Below are positions 9,454-19,480 of a DNA stretch of 64,000 nucleotides, piece by piece. The stretch's first letter is position 1. Each line of letters begins with the position of its first letter. The stretch comes from Alkalispirochaeta sp. (GTDB lineage: Bacteria; Spirochaetota; Spirochaetia; DSM-27196; Alkalispirochaetaceae), in contig CBDESZ010000004.1 of the NCBI GenBank assembly GCA_965242725.1, positions 96,001-160,000 of the forward strand, in the 5' to 3' direction. The notes below the pieces were generated by a model. That model worked only from the letters and a program-made list of their open reading frames with translations, searched no databases and had not been told where the DNA came from. Position numbers and translations under genes: made by a program.

Positions 9454-10830
9454 GTGCTCGTGGACCCGACACTGGAACAACGCTTTCTCAAATCTGATAA
9501 ACCGCATGTGGTCATGGTGACAAACCACGGGATGCATGCGTGGGAGATCGACGCAGGACTGCCGGACACGGGCGGACAGAATGCGTACGTCAATCAGCTT
9601 TCCCATACGCTGGCACGACTCGGCTTTCGGGTAACCATCTTCAACAGGGGAGGGTATACACATCCCCACAGCGGCGCATTTCGGCGGGGTAGCTCATATG
9701 GATCGGCCAATGAACGGCTGGTCTATCTTGAAGACTCCCGGGATGAATTTATCCGGAAGGAGGATATGGCGCCGCAGGTGGAGGAGCTGGCTGTCGATCT
9801 CGTTGCCCGCCTGCAGGGTGCCCCCGAACCGGTGGCATTTGTTTCCCATTATTGGGACGGCGCGGCCGTCGTCGAGGAAGCACGGAGCCGTCTCGGTCTC
9901 GGGGCTCCGCATATCTGGATTCCCCACTCTCTGGGGGCGCTGAAAAAGCAGGGCACGCCGCAGCAGCAGTGGGATGAGCTCCGTATCGGCGAGCGTATCG
10001 AGCGGGAAGAAGAGCTGCTCGGTCTGGTTGACCTTGTCGGGGCAACTTCGGAGGCGATGAAACGCACCCTCAGCGAGGATTATGGGATCAGTCGAGCCCT
10101 CTTTCTTCCGCCCTGCGTTGACGAGAGACGGTTCAACGTGACGAATCCAAAGGATGACCTTTCCGCCCGGCGGCTGCTGGCTGAGATACTTGGACGCCGG
10201 GAAGAGGATATCGCACGGTCACGGATCATTACGGAGGTGAGCCGGACAGACCGGACCAAGCGCAAGGATGTTCTTATTGAAGCTTTTGCCCGAATCAGGA
10301 GACACTATCCCGACACGGTTCTGGCGATCACAATCGACAGGAATGCCGGCGAGTTGTATCGCGAGCTTTCCGCGCTTATTACCGAACGGGGCGTGTCCGG
10401 CAACGTGGCGGTACTCGGCTCAATCGGAACGTATCTGCCGTCCCTGTACGGCATGACCGACGTCTACTGCACACCCTCCATCATGGAGGGGTTCGGCATG
10501 TCCATACAGGAGGCGGCAGCGTGCGGCGTTCCCGCGGTGGCGAGCAGGCGGGTTCCCTTTGCCGTCGAGTATCTCCTGGGCACATCCGTCCGGGAGCGCG
10601 GTCAGCTTCAGGTCGGGGAAGGCGCGGTCGTGGTTCCCCCGGACAGCGTCGGCGCCACGGCGGAAGGGCTGGAGTTTTTCCTGCAGGACGAGAGGCGGCG
10701 ACGGGCAATGGGCGCGGCGGCGCACAAAATAACAATTCCCCGGTTTACCTGGGGCGCAGTGACCCGGGCGTTTCTGGAGGAAGCGGGAATCGAGATTCCC
10801 GGGGAAGGGGCAACAGACATTGAACAGTGA
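9454..10830 (+). CDS. GT4 glycosyltransferase, sucrose-phosphate-synthase/sucrose-synthase-like
   Basis: HG...PDTGGQxxYV, SHYWD, PHSLG, R-x4-K (SRTDRTKR) and EGFGMSIQEA motifs. Confidence 0.85.
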   Translation: MLVDPTLEQRFLKSDKPHVVMVTNHGMHAWEIDAGLPDTGGQNAYVNQLSHTLARLGFRVTIFNRGGYTHPHSGAFRRGSSYGSANERLVYLEDSRDEFIRKEDMAPQVEELAVDLVARLQGAPEPVAFVSHYWDGAAVVEEARSRLGLGAPHIWIPHSLGALKKQGTPQQQWDELRIGERIEREEELLGLVDLVGATSEAMKRTLSEDYGISRALFLPPCVDERRFNVTNPKDDLSARRLLAEILGRREEDIARSRIITEVSRTDRTKRKDVLIEAFARIRRHYPDTVLAITIDRNAGELYRELSALITERGVSGNVAVLGSIGTYLPSLYGMTDVYCTPSIMEGFGMSIQEAAACGVPAVASRRVPFAVEYLLGTSVRERGQLQVGEGAVVVPPDSVGATAEGLEFFLQDERRRRAMGAAAHKITIPRFTWGAVTRAFLEEAGIEIPGEGATDIEQ

Positions 10831-11881
10831 ACCCACGTCTCTCTCGCGATCGATCGCCGAGGAACATCGTGCATCCTTCGACCTGAAATCGGCAACCTGG
10901 GACAGGATCAGCGAGCTGATACGGAATGGCGAGACCTTCAGCCGCTTTGCGCCGGAAGAGGGCTATGCCGTCGATCCCCGGGATCAGGGAATCACCCTGT
11001 TCAACCACCGACGGGCCAAACGGCCCCATGACTACACGCCGTCATCGGACGCGACCGGGCGGGGCGCCCCGTCCACCGCGCCGCAATGCCCCATCTGTGC
11101 CGGCACGATCACCCCCATCATCGACATGGCGGACCTTCACGAGGGATACACCTTTCTCAACACCAACCTCTATCCGATCATCGCCCCGCCGGCGGGAGCT
11201 CACTTTCTTCAGTGGACCAGTTCCAATCACGATACGGACTGGCCGGAACTCACTCCTTCGGATCGGACGGTGGTAATGGAGCGGCTTGCCGCTCTTGAGA
11301 AGACGCTGCTGAAAATGCCCGGGTTTCCGGAAGGTCCCGATGGGCGCATTGTCTCGATTATCAAGAACGTCGGTCGCAGTGTGGGAGGCTCTCTCAGTCA
11401 CGGTCATCAGCAGATCGTCCTCTCCGGCGTTATGCCCAGGCGCGTCCGGGAAAACCTGGACTACTCCAGGGACCGGGGGACGCCCTTTTCCCGAACCCTC
11501 CTTGAAACGACACCGCGAGAGCTCGTCGTAGCGGAGCTTGACCGGGGGACGCTCGTCGTACCTCCCTACATGCGGCGGCCCTATGACATGCTCTTTCTGC
11601 TCCATAATTCAGAGCCTTCACAGCTCCACGAGCTCTCCCCGGCGGAACTCTCTAGTCTCGCGGAAGGGTTCTCCCTGGGGATGTGTCTCATGCGGTCGGT
11701 CCTGCTATCCCTGGGAAGGGAAATTGCCTACAATGTGCTTATTCATACCGGTCCCGGGGCAGGGATCTATCTTGAATTTCTGCCGTGGACGCAGGAAAAC
11801 GGAGGATACGAGCAACTCGGGCTGAACGCCTGTCAGGGAGTCCCCCAGGAAGCGACGCGGGTGCTCCGGGAGTTCTTATAG
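10820..11881 (+). CDS. GalT-like nucleotidyltransferase/phosphorylase (HIT superfamily)
   Basis: RAKRP, CPIC, NLYP and the catalytic GGSLSHGHQQ (HxHxQ). TTG start overlaps the GT4 gene end. Confidence 0.8.
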   Translation: MNSEPTSLSRSIAEEHRASFDLKSATWDRISELIRNGETFSRFAPEEGYAVDPRDQGITLFNHRRAKRPHDYTPSSDATGRGAPSTAPQCPICAGTITPIIDMADLHEGYTFLNTNLYPIIAPPAGAHFLQWTSSNHDTDWPELTPSDRTVVMERLAALEKTLLKMPGFPEGPDGRIVSIIKNVGRSVGGSLSHGHQQIVLSGVMPRRVRENLDYSRDRGTPFSRTLLETTPRELVVAELDRGTLVVPPYMRRPYDMLFLLHNSEPSQLHELSPAELSSLAEGFSLGMCLMRSVLLSLGREIAYNVLIHTGPGAGIYLEFLPWTQENGGYEQLGLNACQGVPQEATRVLREFL

Positions 11882-11897
11882 ACGGTGTCACTGGACG

Positions 11898-12920
11898 ATG
11901 CAAACAAAAATGGCGGATGTAGCGAGGCTCGCCGGCGTTTCGCCTGCAACGGTCTCGCGGGTACTCAATCGAACGAAACACGTAGATCCCGCGCTGGAAG
12001 AAAAGGTGCGGGAGGCGGTCAGAACCCTCAACTATGAGCCCGACCAGAATGCACGCTGGCTTTCCGCCCGGCGCAGCAATGTGGTGGGACTTGTCGTTCC
12101 AGGCGTGGTAGAGAATAATCTCGGTGCCTTTCTACACGCATGCTCCATTTCCCTTGAAGAACGCGGATACAGTCTCATGGTCGCGTTGAGCGACGGAGAC
12201 AAGCGTATGGAGCTGGAATTGCTCCGGGCGCAGCTCCAGTCCCACGTGTCCGGTATCATGCTGGTCACTCCCTTTCCGGACAATAAAAGTCGCTCCCTCC
12301 TGCGGAAGAGCGGCATTCCCCTCCTGTATGCCCTCAATCCCGATCCGACCGGTCGCTTTTCCTCGGTCGTCTTCGACGAGGAACGTGCCGCCGAGGCTCT
12401 TCTCACCGAGGTCCTTCGGGCGCGGCTTCGCATGCCCCGTATTGGAGAAGTGGTCATTCTTGCCGGAGTCAAGCAGCAGGACAGCGCCACCAGTCGACGA
12501 GTTCAGGGGTTCCTCCGTGCCCTGCAGAAACTGGATGCGCCGCCACCGCGCGTGGTTGACTGCGAGGGCACCATAGACGGTGCATACAGGGTGTCACTGT
12601 CGCTTCTGCAGGAAACACCTCCCAGGATTCTTGCAGCCACCACCGACTACTTTGCCATTGCCGCCGCAAGAGCGGCACATGATGCAGGAGTTGCAATTCC
12701 GCGGCAGCTCGCGGTGCTTGGCTTCGGTGAGAACGTGTATTCCCATACCTGTTCACCGACGATCACGACCGTCCGGTTTGACGGCCGCCTCCTCGGCGAG
12801 CGGTGCGGAGATACCATCGCGTCCCTCATGGAAGGCAAACGACCGCAGCGGCATGTGATTCTCGGGTTTGACCTTGTTCCCGGTGAGAGTTGTCCCCTCT
12901 CTCCCTCGGAGGTACCCTGA
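11898..12920 (+). CDS. LacI-family transcriptional regulator
   Basis: HTH MADVARLAGVSPATVSRVLN and a sugar-binding domain. Confidence 0.93.
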   Translation: MQTKMADVARLAGVSPATVSRVLNRTKHVDPALEEKVREAVRTLNYEPDQNARWLSARRSNVVGLVVPGVVENNLGAFLHACSISLEERGYSLMVALSDGDKRMELELLRAQLQSHVSGIMLVTPFPDNKSRSLLRKSGIPLLYALNPDPTGRFSSVVFDEERAAEALLTEVLRARLRMPRIGEVVILAGVKQQDSATSRRVQGFLRALQKLDAPPPRVVDCEGTIDGAYRVSLSLLQETPPRILAATTDYFAIAAARAAHDAGVAIPRQLAVLGFGENVYSHTCSPTITTVRFDGRLLGERCGDTIASLMEGKRPQRHVILGFDLVPGESCPLSPSEVP

Positions 12921-13939
12921 TGGCGACGATCAAGGATGTTGCCCGATTTGCCGGCGTCTCTCCATCGACGGTTTCCCGGGCGCTCAATCGCGGCGAAGGG
13001 TCCGAAGACGTCCTGCGACGGGTGCAGCGTGCCGCGCGCACATTGGACTATCAGGTGAGTGAATCCGCCCGCGGGCTGAAGCAGCGCCAGACCAATATCG
13101 TCGGCGTCATCGTCGCGGATATCTCTAATCCACCAACGTCGCGGATGTTCCATGGTGTCGCGAGAATTATGCATACCCACGGCATGACGGTCATGCTCGG
13201 AAATTCAGAAGCGGTACCTGGCAAGGAAATGGAACTCCTGGAAATGTTCGGGAGGCAGCACGTCGCGGGCGTCGTCTACGCGGGGAAAGGGGTCACCGAG
13301 GAGGTTGCCGCTGCTTTGAACGAGTTTTCCGCACCGGTGGTGGTTGCGGCGCAGGAGTCGCGTTCCACGCGATGGCCTATGGTACTGTTCGGCAACTATC
13401 GCGCAAGTTACGAGGTCACCACCACCCTTATCAACCACGGGCACCGGGATATCGGCTATATTTCCGCACCGCTGGACGACCAGCAGGCGGGAAGGCGACG
13501 ACAACGGGGGCATCTTGATGCCATGGAAGCGGCGGGAATATTTGCATCTCAGGGGTATATGCAGCACGCCGAGTTCTCCGTCGCGTCCGGGTACGCCGCA
13601 ATGGCGAGAATGCTTGACGAAGCGCCGCACCCGCCCACGGCGGTCGCCACGGGGTCCGATCTCATCGCCATAGGGGCGATGCGCTGTCTCCGCGACCGGG
13701 GCATTTCGATTCCCGGCGACATATCGATCTTTGGATTCGACGACATTCCCGTCTGTTCAAAACTGGTCCCTTCGCTCTCGTCGGTCTGGCTCGACTTTCA
13801 TGAGCTTGGTGAGGTGTGTGCCGATCTTCTGTATCGAATGGTCGGAAGAGGAGATACACAGGTGGAGCGAGTGGTGCTGAGCCACAAAATGGAATTACGG
13901 GAGTCGATACGGTCCACTGGAGACGTGCAGGGGAGGTAG
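12920..13939 (+). CDS. LacI-family transcriptional regulator
   Basis: MATIKDVARFAGVSPSTVSRALN and IPGDISIFGFDD. ATG 12920 overlaps the upstream TGA. Confidence 0.93.
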   Translation: MATIKDVARFAGVSPSTVSRALNRGEGSEDVLRRVQRAARTLDYQVSESARGLKQRQTNIVGVIVADISNPPTSRMFHGVARIMHTHGMTVMLGNSEAVPGKEMELLEMFGRQHVAGVVYAGKGVTEEVAAALNEFSAPVVVAAQESRSTRWPMVLFGNYRASYEVTTTLINHGHRDIGYISAPLDDQQAGRRRQRGHLDAMEAAGIFASQGYMQHAEFSVASGYAAMARMLDEAPHPPTAVATGSDLIAIGAMRCLRDRGISIPGDISIFGFDDIPVCSKLVPSLSSVWLDFHELGEVCADLLYRMVGRGDTQVERVVLSHKMELRESIRSTGDVQGR

Positions 13940-13941
13940 AG

Positions 13942-13973
13942 CCGGCCGGCTCACTTCATGAGCCGGCCGGTTT
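13942..13973. terminator. Intrinsic terminator between convergent units
   Basis: Perfect 12-bp stem CCGGCCGGCTCA-cttca-TGAGCCGGCCGG followed by TTT. Confidence 0.75.
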
Positions 13974-13985
13974 CAGCCAATTTGT

Positions 13986-14936
13986 TCAGTTAATGATTTC
14001 TGCGGCTTTGATTAAAGCTACGGGAAGACGAAAACCGCCGTTCCGCAGGATGTTGGTGTTTACAAACATCAGTCCATCCTCGTTCGGTACGATGTCAATA
14101 GAACTCACCGGGGTTCCCCGGAGGATTCTTAACGCCGTCGTTGCGGACCAAACGCCCTGTTCCTGGGCGCTCTTGGCGATCGTCAGGAGGCTCATCGGTG
14201 CGGTGAAGGTGTCCAGCGATCCCGAGGGGATCCGGGTGTTGGCCTCCGCAAAGGTCTGTGCCGCACCGTCGTCCCAGTCTGCGATTCCGGTCGGGTTGCC
14301 GACGATCAGGATATCCACGTCGTTCTGAATGGCAACAAATGCGTCTCTCCATTCTCCGAAGGTCTCGACGTAGACCTCTTCCATGGGGGCACCAAGCTCG
14401 CGATTGTAGAATGACGCCTCTTTCCGTGCCGTTTCCCGGTCCGCCGCCAGATAGCCCACCGTGCTGCCGTCGGCTATTCTGCCGAGATGATCGACTACCT
14501 GCTTGACCAGTGCAACTTCAACCATTCCCGTCACATTGTCTGTGGGGAAACCGTATCCTGATGCGTCCCAGTTGACACCGCAGAATACAAAGGGAATATC
14601 ACCGTCGGCGTAGTAGGGAACGATGAGATACTTTGATGCGTTGTCATCTGCGGCGATGACGACATCGGGATTCCAGGACTGGATTACCCGGCGTGCCTCT
14701 TCAGCTGCGGAAACGGCAAATGCTTCGGAAGCATTCCGCTTCGTGTCCATGTGGATCACCCGCAACTCGACGCCGCTTCCGGCCAGCCCTTGTTCGATAC
14801 CCTCGACGATACCGTCACTCCATGCATACCCTTCGTGATATGAGTCAACGAAAAGTACCTTGTCGCCTGCCTGCGCCGAGGCGGCTGCCGCGGACAGTAA
14901 TGCTACGACCGCTACGATTAATAACCTCTTAGTCAT
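13986..14936 (-). CDS. Periplasmic solute-binding protein (ABC_sub_bind-like) with no transporter partner here
   Basis: Signal peptide; SYHEGYAWSDG, MDTKR, PDVVIAADDNA and PFVFCGVN motifs. Confidence 0.75.
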   Translation of the reverse strand: MTKRLLIVAVVALLSAAAASAQAGDKVLFVDSYHEGYAWSDGIVEGIEQGLAGSGVELRVIHMDTKRNASEAFAVSAAEEARRVIQSWNPDVVIAADDNASKYLIVPYYADGDIPFVFCGVNWDASGYGFPTDNVTGMVEVALVKQVVDHLGRIADGSTVGYLAADRETARKEASFYNRELGAPMEEVYVETFGEWRDAFVAIQNDVDILIVGNPTGIADWDDGAAQTFAEANTRIPSGSLDTFTAPMSLLTIAKSAQEQGVWSATTALRILRGTPVSSIDIVPNEDGLMFVNTNILRNGGFRLPVALIKAAEIIN

Positions 14937-16710
14937 TTTCGACTCCTTTCTCCGTCTTGAACTTGTTTATCTCCCCCATTAGAGAGGAGGTGCTATCGCC
15001 CAATTTGTCGTTCAGGGATGTGATATTCTGCATCGACTGGTTGATTGACATGACGCCGGTCACGATTTCGTCCATACCGGTGGTGACCTCCGCCGATATG
15101 TGGCGGACTTCCGTGAGGTGTTGTGATCCCGACGTCGATACCTCGCTCACTTCGTCGGCGCCGCGTTTCACGTTTATTGCAACTTCGCTGAGAATGCTCA
15201 TCGACTTGAGCAGTTCCTCGCCACCCACCGCAAGCTCATTGGTGGACGAGGTGATCTCCTGAAGTGCTCCCGCCACGGCAACGACCTCTTTGTCGATTTC
15301 TTTGAAGGCGTCACGTGTTTCGACGCCGGCAGTGTATGCTGACTGAATACGCCCGATGATACTCTTCAGAACGGTTTCGATGTTCTTTGAGTTGAGGGCG
15401 CTGGTTTCCGCCAGTTTCCGTATTTCCGCGGCGACAACGGCAAAGCCCTTGCCCGATTCTCCCGCGTGGGCCGCCTCAATGGCGGCGTTCATCGCCAGAA
15501 GGTTTGTTTGTGCCGCAATGGAGTTGATCAACTCCACCATTTCCTGGATTTGATTCACATTTGACGAGATTTCTTCAATGATCGTATTCGTGTTTTCAAG
15601 CTTCTCTCCACCCTGGTTTGCGGTATTCACCAGGGCAGTGGTGGAAGCCTGTTTTGCCTTGGTGATCTGGGCAACCTGCTTCAATGATGCGATCATTTCG
15701 TTCACCGCGGCCGTCGATTGGGTAACCATCGACGCGTGATTTTCGATTTCCTTATTCAGAGAGCTTGCGGTATTCGCCATTCGCTCCATTGACGACGCGG
15801 AGCTGTCGATCTTGTCGTCAAGCAGGCTGATCCGCTCCTTCATGCTTGAGACATTGACTGAAATCTGGTTCACCGCCGAAGCCGTTGTCGTCGTGTTTTC
15901 CGCCAACTCAGTGTTCACCGACTCCGTTTCCCGACCGACCATCTTGATGTGCCGGACGATTTCCCGGAGAGTTCCGACAAAGTCATTGAATGCTTTTGCG
16001 AGCTGTCCCGTTTCGTTCTTTGATCGGACGATGACTTGCTCGGTGAGATCTCCACCGCCCTCGGCGATTGCCTGAATACGATCATTCACGAGCCGCAACG
16101 GGCCGAGCATACGCCCCGTCACCACCAGAACGATTGCCACGATGACACTCGTCGCAAATAACATTGAGACCACCAGGCTCTGGAGGAATGCGTTGCGCTC
16201 CGCCGTCTTGTCGGACCGATTGAGGCCGTATGCGACGACCCAGTCCCACGGCTCAAAGTAACGGAAGGAGCTCCAGCGCTCCTCGCCGTTGTAGGAATAG
16301 TCCAGGGTCCCGTTCTTCTGTTCAATCATGTACTGGACAAAGGATGCATCCTGTACTTCCGTCGATCCTGTCTCGACGGAAGGATGCATGACGACAGTCC
16401 CTTCCGCGTCGATGATGAAGGGGTAAATAGTCTGTTCTTCCGTCGTGTAGTAGGTGCTGCGCAGGGTATCGATGATGTCGCTTTGGAAGTCTTCCTGGTA
16501 GATCTCCACCAAGCCCGTATCTTCAAGATCGCGATTCTGGTTTTCAAGCGATTCGGTAATAATGCGCAGGCGCTCGGCAAAGTCCTCTTCCTTCATATTG
16601 GAAATGATTGAATCAAGTCTGAAATAGGAGTAGGAAAAAAGGAACGCCGTCAAAACCAGGAGTGCCAGCGCGATTGAGGCGAAGAGCACAGTTCTAATAG
16701 ATTTTGTCAT
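14929..16710 (-). CDS. Methyl-accepting chemotaxis protein (Cache-HAMP-MA)
   Basis: Two TM segments, Cache motifs (YPFIIDAEG..VMHP, WDWVV), HAMP, and [30 protein letters not shown]. Confidence 0.95.
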   Translation of the reverse strand: MTKSIRTVLFASIALALLVLTAFLFSYSYFRLDSIISNMKEEDFAERLRIITESLENQNRDLEDTGLVEIYQEDFQSDIIDTLRSTYYTTEEQTIYPFIIDAEGTVVMHPSVETGSTEVQDASFVQYMIEQKNGTLDYSYNGEERWSSFRYFEPWDWVVAYGLNRSDKTAERNAFLQSLVVSMLFATSVIVAIVLVVTGRMLGPLRLVNDRIQAIAEGGGDLTEQVIVRSKNETGQLAKAFNDFVGTLREIVRHIKMVGRETESVNTELAENTTTTASAVNQISVNVSSMKERISLLDDKIDSSASSMERMANTASSLNKEIENHASMVTQSTAAVNEMIASLKQVAQITKAKQASTTALVNTANQGGEKLENTNTIIEEISSNVNQIQEMVELINSIAAQTNLLAMNAAIEAAHAGESGKGFAVVAAEIRKLAETSALNSKNIETVLKSIIGRIQSAYTAGVETRDAFKEIDKEVVAVAGALQEITSSTNELAVGGEELLKSMSILSEVAINVKRGADEVSEVSTSGSQHLTEVRHISAEVTTGMDEIVTGVMSINQSMQNITSLNDKLGDSTSSLMGEINKFKTEKGVEND

Positions 16711-16763
16711 CGTGGGGTCTCCCCGAAAAAGCCAAAACGTTTTTCGTAATTTATTTTAATCGC

Positions 16764-16792
16764 AAGCTATCACCCGTTTGTGCCGCCGTCAA
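16764..16792 (-). promoter_or_regulatory. Sigma70-type promoter with extended -10 for the MCP-SBP unit
   Basis: Minus strand TTGACG, 17 bp spacer ending TGa, TAGCTT. An A-rich UP-like tract lies upstream. Confidence 0.6.
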
Positions 16793-16893
16793 TAAAAATG
16801 TGCCTTTTTCAGTTTTTTTAGCGCTGTTCCGTCGCGTATCTCTGTGGTCTTTGACTTCTGTACCTCTAAATGCGTTATTTGTATCTTCCACCA

Positions 16894-18393
16894 ATGGGAC
16901 AGGTACAACCAAAGCATAGCGGATGGATTTTAACGGCAACGATCCTCGCCAGCGGTCTCGGTTTCTTCATGGGATCCGCGGTGAACGTGATGCTGCCGAC
17001 GATACAGGGTGTGTGGGACCTGGAGCTCGCAGTGGTGCAGTGGGTGGCCAACGGCTATGCCCTCACGCTCTCCGCCTTTATTCTCCTGAGCGGCGCCCTG
17101 GGTGATCTCTTCGGGGTCCGGCGTACCTTTGCGGCGGGAATCCTGATTTTTGCCGGCGGCGGTGCCCTCTGTGCGCTCTCACCGACTCCCGCGTTTCTGA
17201 TCGGTTCCAGGGCCGTACAGGGTTTCGGAGCGGCGATCATGGTTCCCGGAAGCCTCGCGATCATCAATCGCCTCTTTCCCGAGGAGGATCGTGGACGGGT
17301 CATCGGTCTCTGGGCGGGAATCTCCGGCGCCATCGCCGCCCTCGGACCCTTCCTGGGCGGAGTTCTCGCGGAGGTGAGCTGGCGTCTCGCATTCTGGTTT
17401 GTCGTTCCCGTGGGTATCGTTGCCGCATGGATCACATTGAAATATGTTCCCGTTCTCCGGGATGATACGGAACGACCGGTGGACTGGGCCGGGGCGGGGT
17501 GCGTCCTGGCCGGACTGGGAGGGCTGTCCTATGGCCTCGTACGAATTCCTGAAGTGGGCGTTACCTGGCTGACCGGCGGTGCCTTGATGCTTGCGTTCTT
17601 TTCCGGTGTCGCGTTCCTGTTTGTCGAGCGCCGTGCGGCGGCCCCGATCGTCCCTTTTCAGATGATGGACCGGGGAGTGGGCGTCGCGAATCTGGCAACG
17701 ATACTCCTCTATTTCTCGTTTCAGGGCTCTTTTTTCATCCTCTCATTCCTCTTGCAGCAGCTCGTGGGGTATTCAGCAAGTTTCACCGGTATCGCCTTTC
17801 TTCCGGCAACCTTCATGATCGCCATATTCGCAGCGCCGAGCGGAAAGATCACCGACCGCCTCGGCCCGCGTTTCCAGCTCGTCGCCGGCCCCTTTGTCGT
17901 CGCGTCGGCGCTGGTGATCATGATTCTTGGTGCCCGGGTGGAGTCGTTTCTCATGTTCTGGCTGCCGGTCATTCTCCTCTTTGGCGGAGGAATGGTGTTG
18001 CTGGTGCCCGCCGTGACGAAGGCGGCCCTTCTCGTTCCGGACCGCTTTTCCGGCGCCGCATCGGGGGTGAATAACGCGGCCGCCCGGACTGCGGGACTTC
18101 TGGCGATCACCGTACTCGGTGCCGCTCTCAACGGAGGGTACCAGGCCGTTCTGCCTGACCTGTTGCCGGGCGGACTTTCCCCGGATATGCACGAGTCAAT
18201 TCTCGCCGGGGCGGGGCGCCTCCTCTCGGCCCCGTTACCGGAAGGCATGTCGCCGGAGCTGGCGGCGGCGGTGGAAGAGGCGCGGCGGGCGGCCTTCGCC
18301 TTTGCCGGTAGACTTGCACTTAGCGTCGCCGCCGCAGCGGCGCTGGCGGGCTCTCTCCTGTCCCTTGCGGCGTATCCGCGGGAGAAGACATAG
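16894..18393 (+). CDS. MFS transporter (DHA2/EmrB-QacA-like, about 14 TM)
   Basis: GALGDLFGVRR, RAVQGFGAA and GPFLGG motifs. Start is 16894 or 16870. Confidence 0.9.
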   Translation: MGQVQPKHSGWILTATILASGLGFFMGSAVNVMLPTIQGVWDLELAVVQWVANGYALTLSAFILLSGALGDLFGVRRTFAAGILIFAGGGALCALSPTPAFLIGSRAVQGFGAAIMVPGSLAIINRLFPEEDRGRVIGLWAGISGAIAALGPFLGGVLAEVSWRLAFWFVVPVGIVAAWITLKYVPVLRDDTERPVDWAGAGCVLAGLGGLSYGLVRIPEVGVTWLTGGALMLAFFSGVAFLFVERRAAAPIVPFQMMDRGVGVANLATILLYFSFQGSFFILSFLLQQLVGYSASFTGIAFLPATFMIAIFAAPSGKITDRLGPRFQLVAGPFVVASALVIMILGARVESFLMFWLPVILLFGGGMVLLVPAVTKAALLVPDRFSGAASGVNNAAARTAGLLAITVLGAALNGGYQAVLPDLLPGGLSPDMHESILAGAGRLLSAPLPEGMSPELAAAVEEARRAAFAFAGRLALSVAAAAALAGSLLSLAAYPREKT

Positions 18394-18473
18394 GGCGTAA
18401 CAGACGCCGGGCGGGCTGGCGGCCGGTCAGGACCGGTGTGTGCTGATCGGGTCCCGGCTGTTTGTGAGCGGCG

Positions 18474-19445
18474 TCAGCGGAAGACTTCAGGATTCAGGCA
18501 CGTTTCAGGGATTTCATTCTGCAGCATCGCTATGACGTTGCGCGCGGCAAGTTCGGCCATACCGTTCCGCGACTCCTGCGTTGCACTTGCGGTATGGGGC
18601 GTTACGACGACATTGTCCAGTTCCGCGAGCCCCTCAACCATGCGGGGTTCAAATTCATACACGTCAAGACCCGCACCGGCGATTTCTCCCGATTTCAGAG
18701 CGTCAACCAGCTCCGCCTCGTTGACGATCGGTCCACGGGCGGTATTGATCAAATAGGCGGACTTCTTCATTTTGCTGAAGACCTCCTTCCCGAACATGTG
18801 TCTCGTTGACGGCAGCAGGGGAACGTGGATGGAAATGAAGTCCGATTCCTTCACGAGCGTTTCAAAGTCGACTTTTCGTGCACCCAGCTCACGCTCAAGG
18901 CGGTCGTTCGTCCGGTCATCGACATACAATACCGGCATGTCAAATCCGCGGGACTTCATCGCCATCGCTTCGCCGATGCGTCCGGCCCCGATGAGTCCGA
19001 GCACGCGGCCGTGAATATCGCCGCCGATGAACTGCATCGGACCCCATCCGGACCACCCGCCGGTGCGCATGAGGCGGTCGGACTCCACGACACGCCTGCT
19101 CACCGCAAAGAGCAGTGCCCACGCCTGTTCCGCCGTGGCATGGGTCAGGACACCGGGTGTGTTGGACAGGAGGATCTTCCGCCGGGTTGCCTCGGCGACA
19201 TCCATATTGTCGAAACCGACGGCGTAATTGGCAAATCCCTTCGCCTTTTTGGCGGCCTCAAAGGCTTCCCCATCGACCTTGTCGGTGAGGAGCGTGATGA
19301 CCGCATCAGCCTCGCTGATACCTTCAAGAAACTCTTCCCGATTCAGACCCCGGTCATGGGGACTCACCGTGACGGTGTGTCCCGCATCGCGAAGGAGAGT
19401 GATCCCCGCTTCAGGTATCTTTCTCGTTACAAATATGTTTGCCAT
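18474..19445 (-). CDS. D-2-hydroxyacid dehydrogenase (glyoxylate reductase/D-glycerate dehydrogenase)
   Basis: MANIFVTRKIP, AVGFDN, NTPGVLT, GAGRIG, INTARG, LDVYEFEP and TPH. SD AAGGAG before ATG 19445. Confidence 0.92.
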   Translation of the reverse strand: MANIFVTRKIPEAGITLLRDAGHTVTVSPHDRGLNREEFLEGISEADAVITLLTDKVDGEAFEAAKKAKGFANYAVGFDNMDVAEATRRKILLSNTPGVLTHATAEQAWALLFAVSRRVVESDRLMRTGGWSGWGPMQFIGGDIHGRVLGLIGAGRIGEAMAMKSRGFDMPVLYVDDRTNDRLERELGARKVDFETLVKESDFISIHVPLLPSTRHMFGKEVFSKMKKSAYLINTARGPIVNEAELVDALKSGEIAGAGLDVYEFEPRMVEGLAELDNVVVTPHTASATQESRNGMAELAARNVIAMLQNEIPETCLNPEVFR

Positions 19446-19480
19446 TTTTTCTTCTCCTTTGGTTTTACGCCCGTCGTCGG

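Noticed and set aside
9454..10830. GT4 as a standard osmoprotective sucrose-phosphate synthase
   Set aside because: Not favoured, though not excluded. There is no phosphatase domain or gene in the window, and the context is uptake and catabolism under LacI control.
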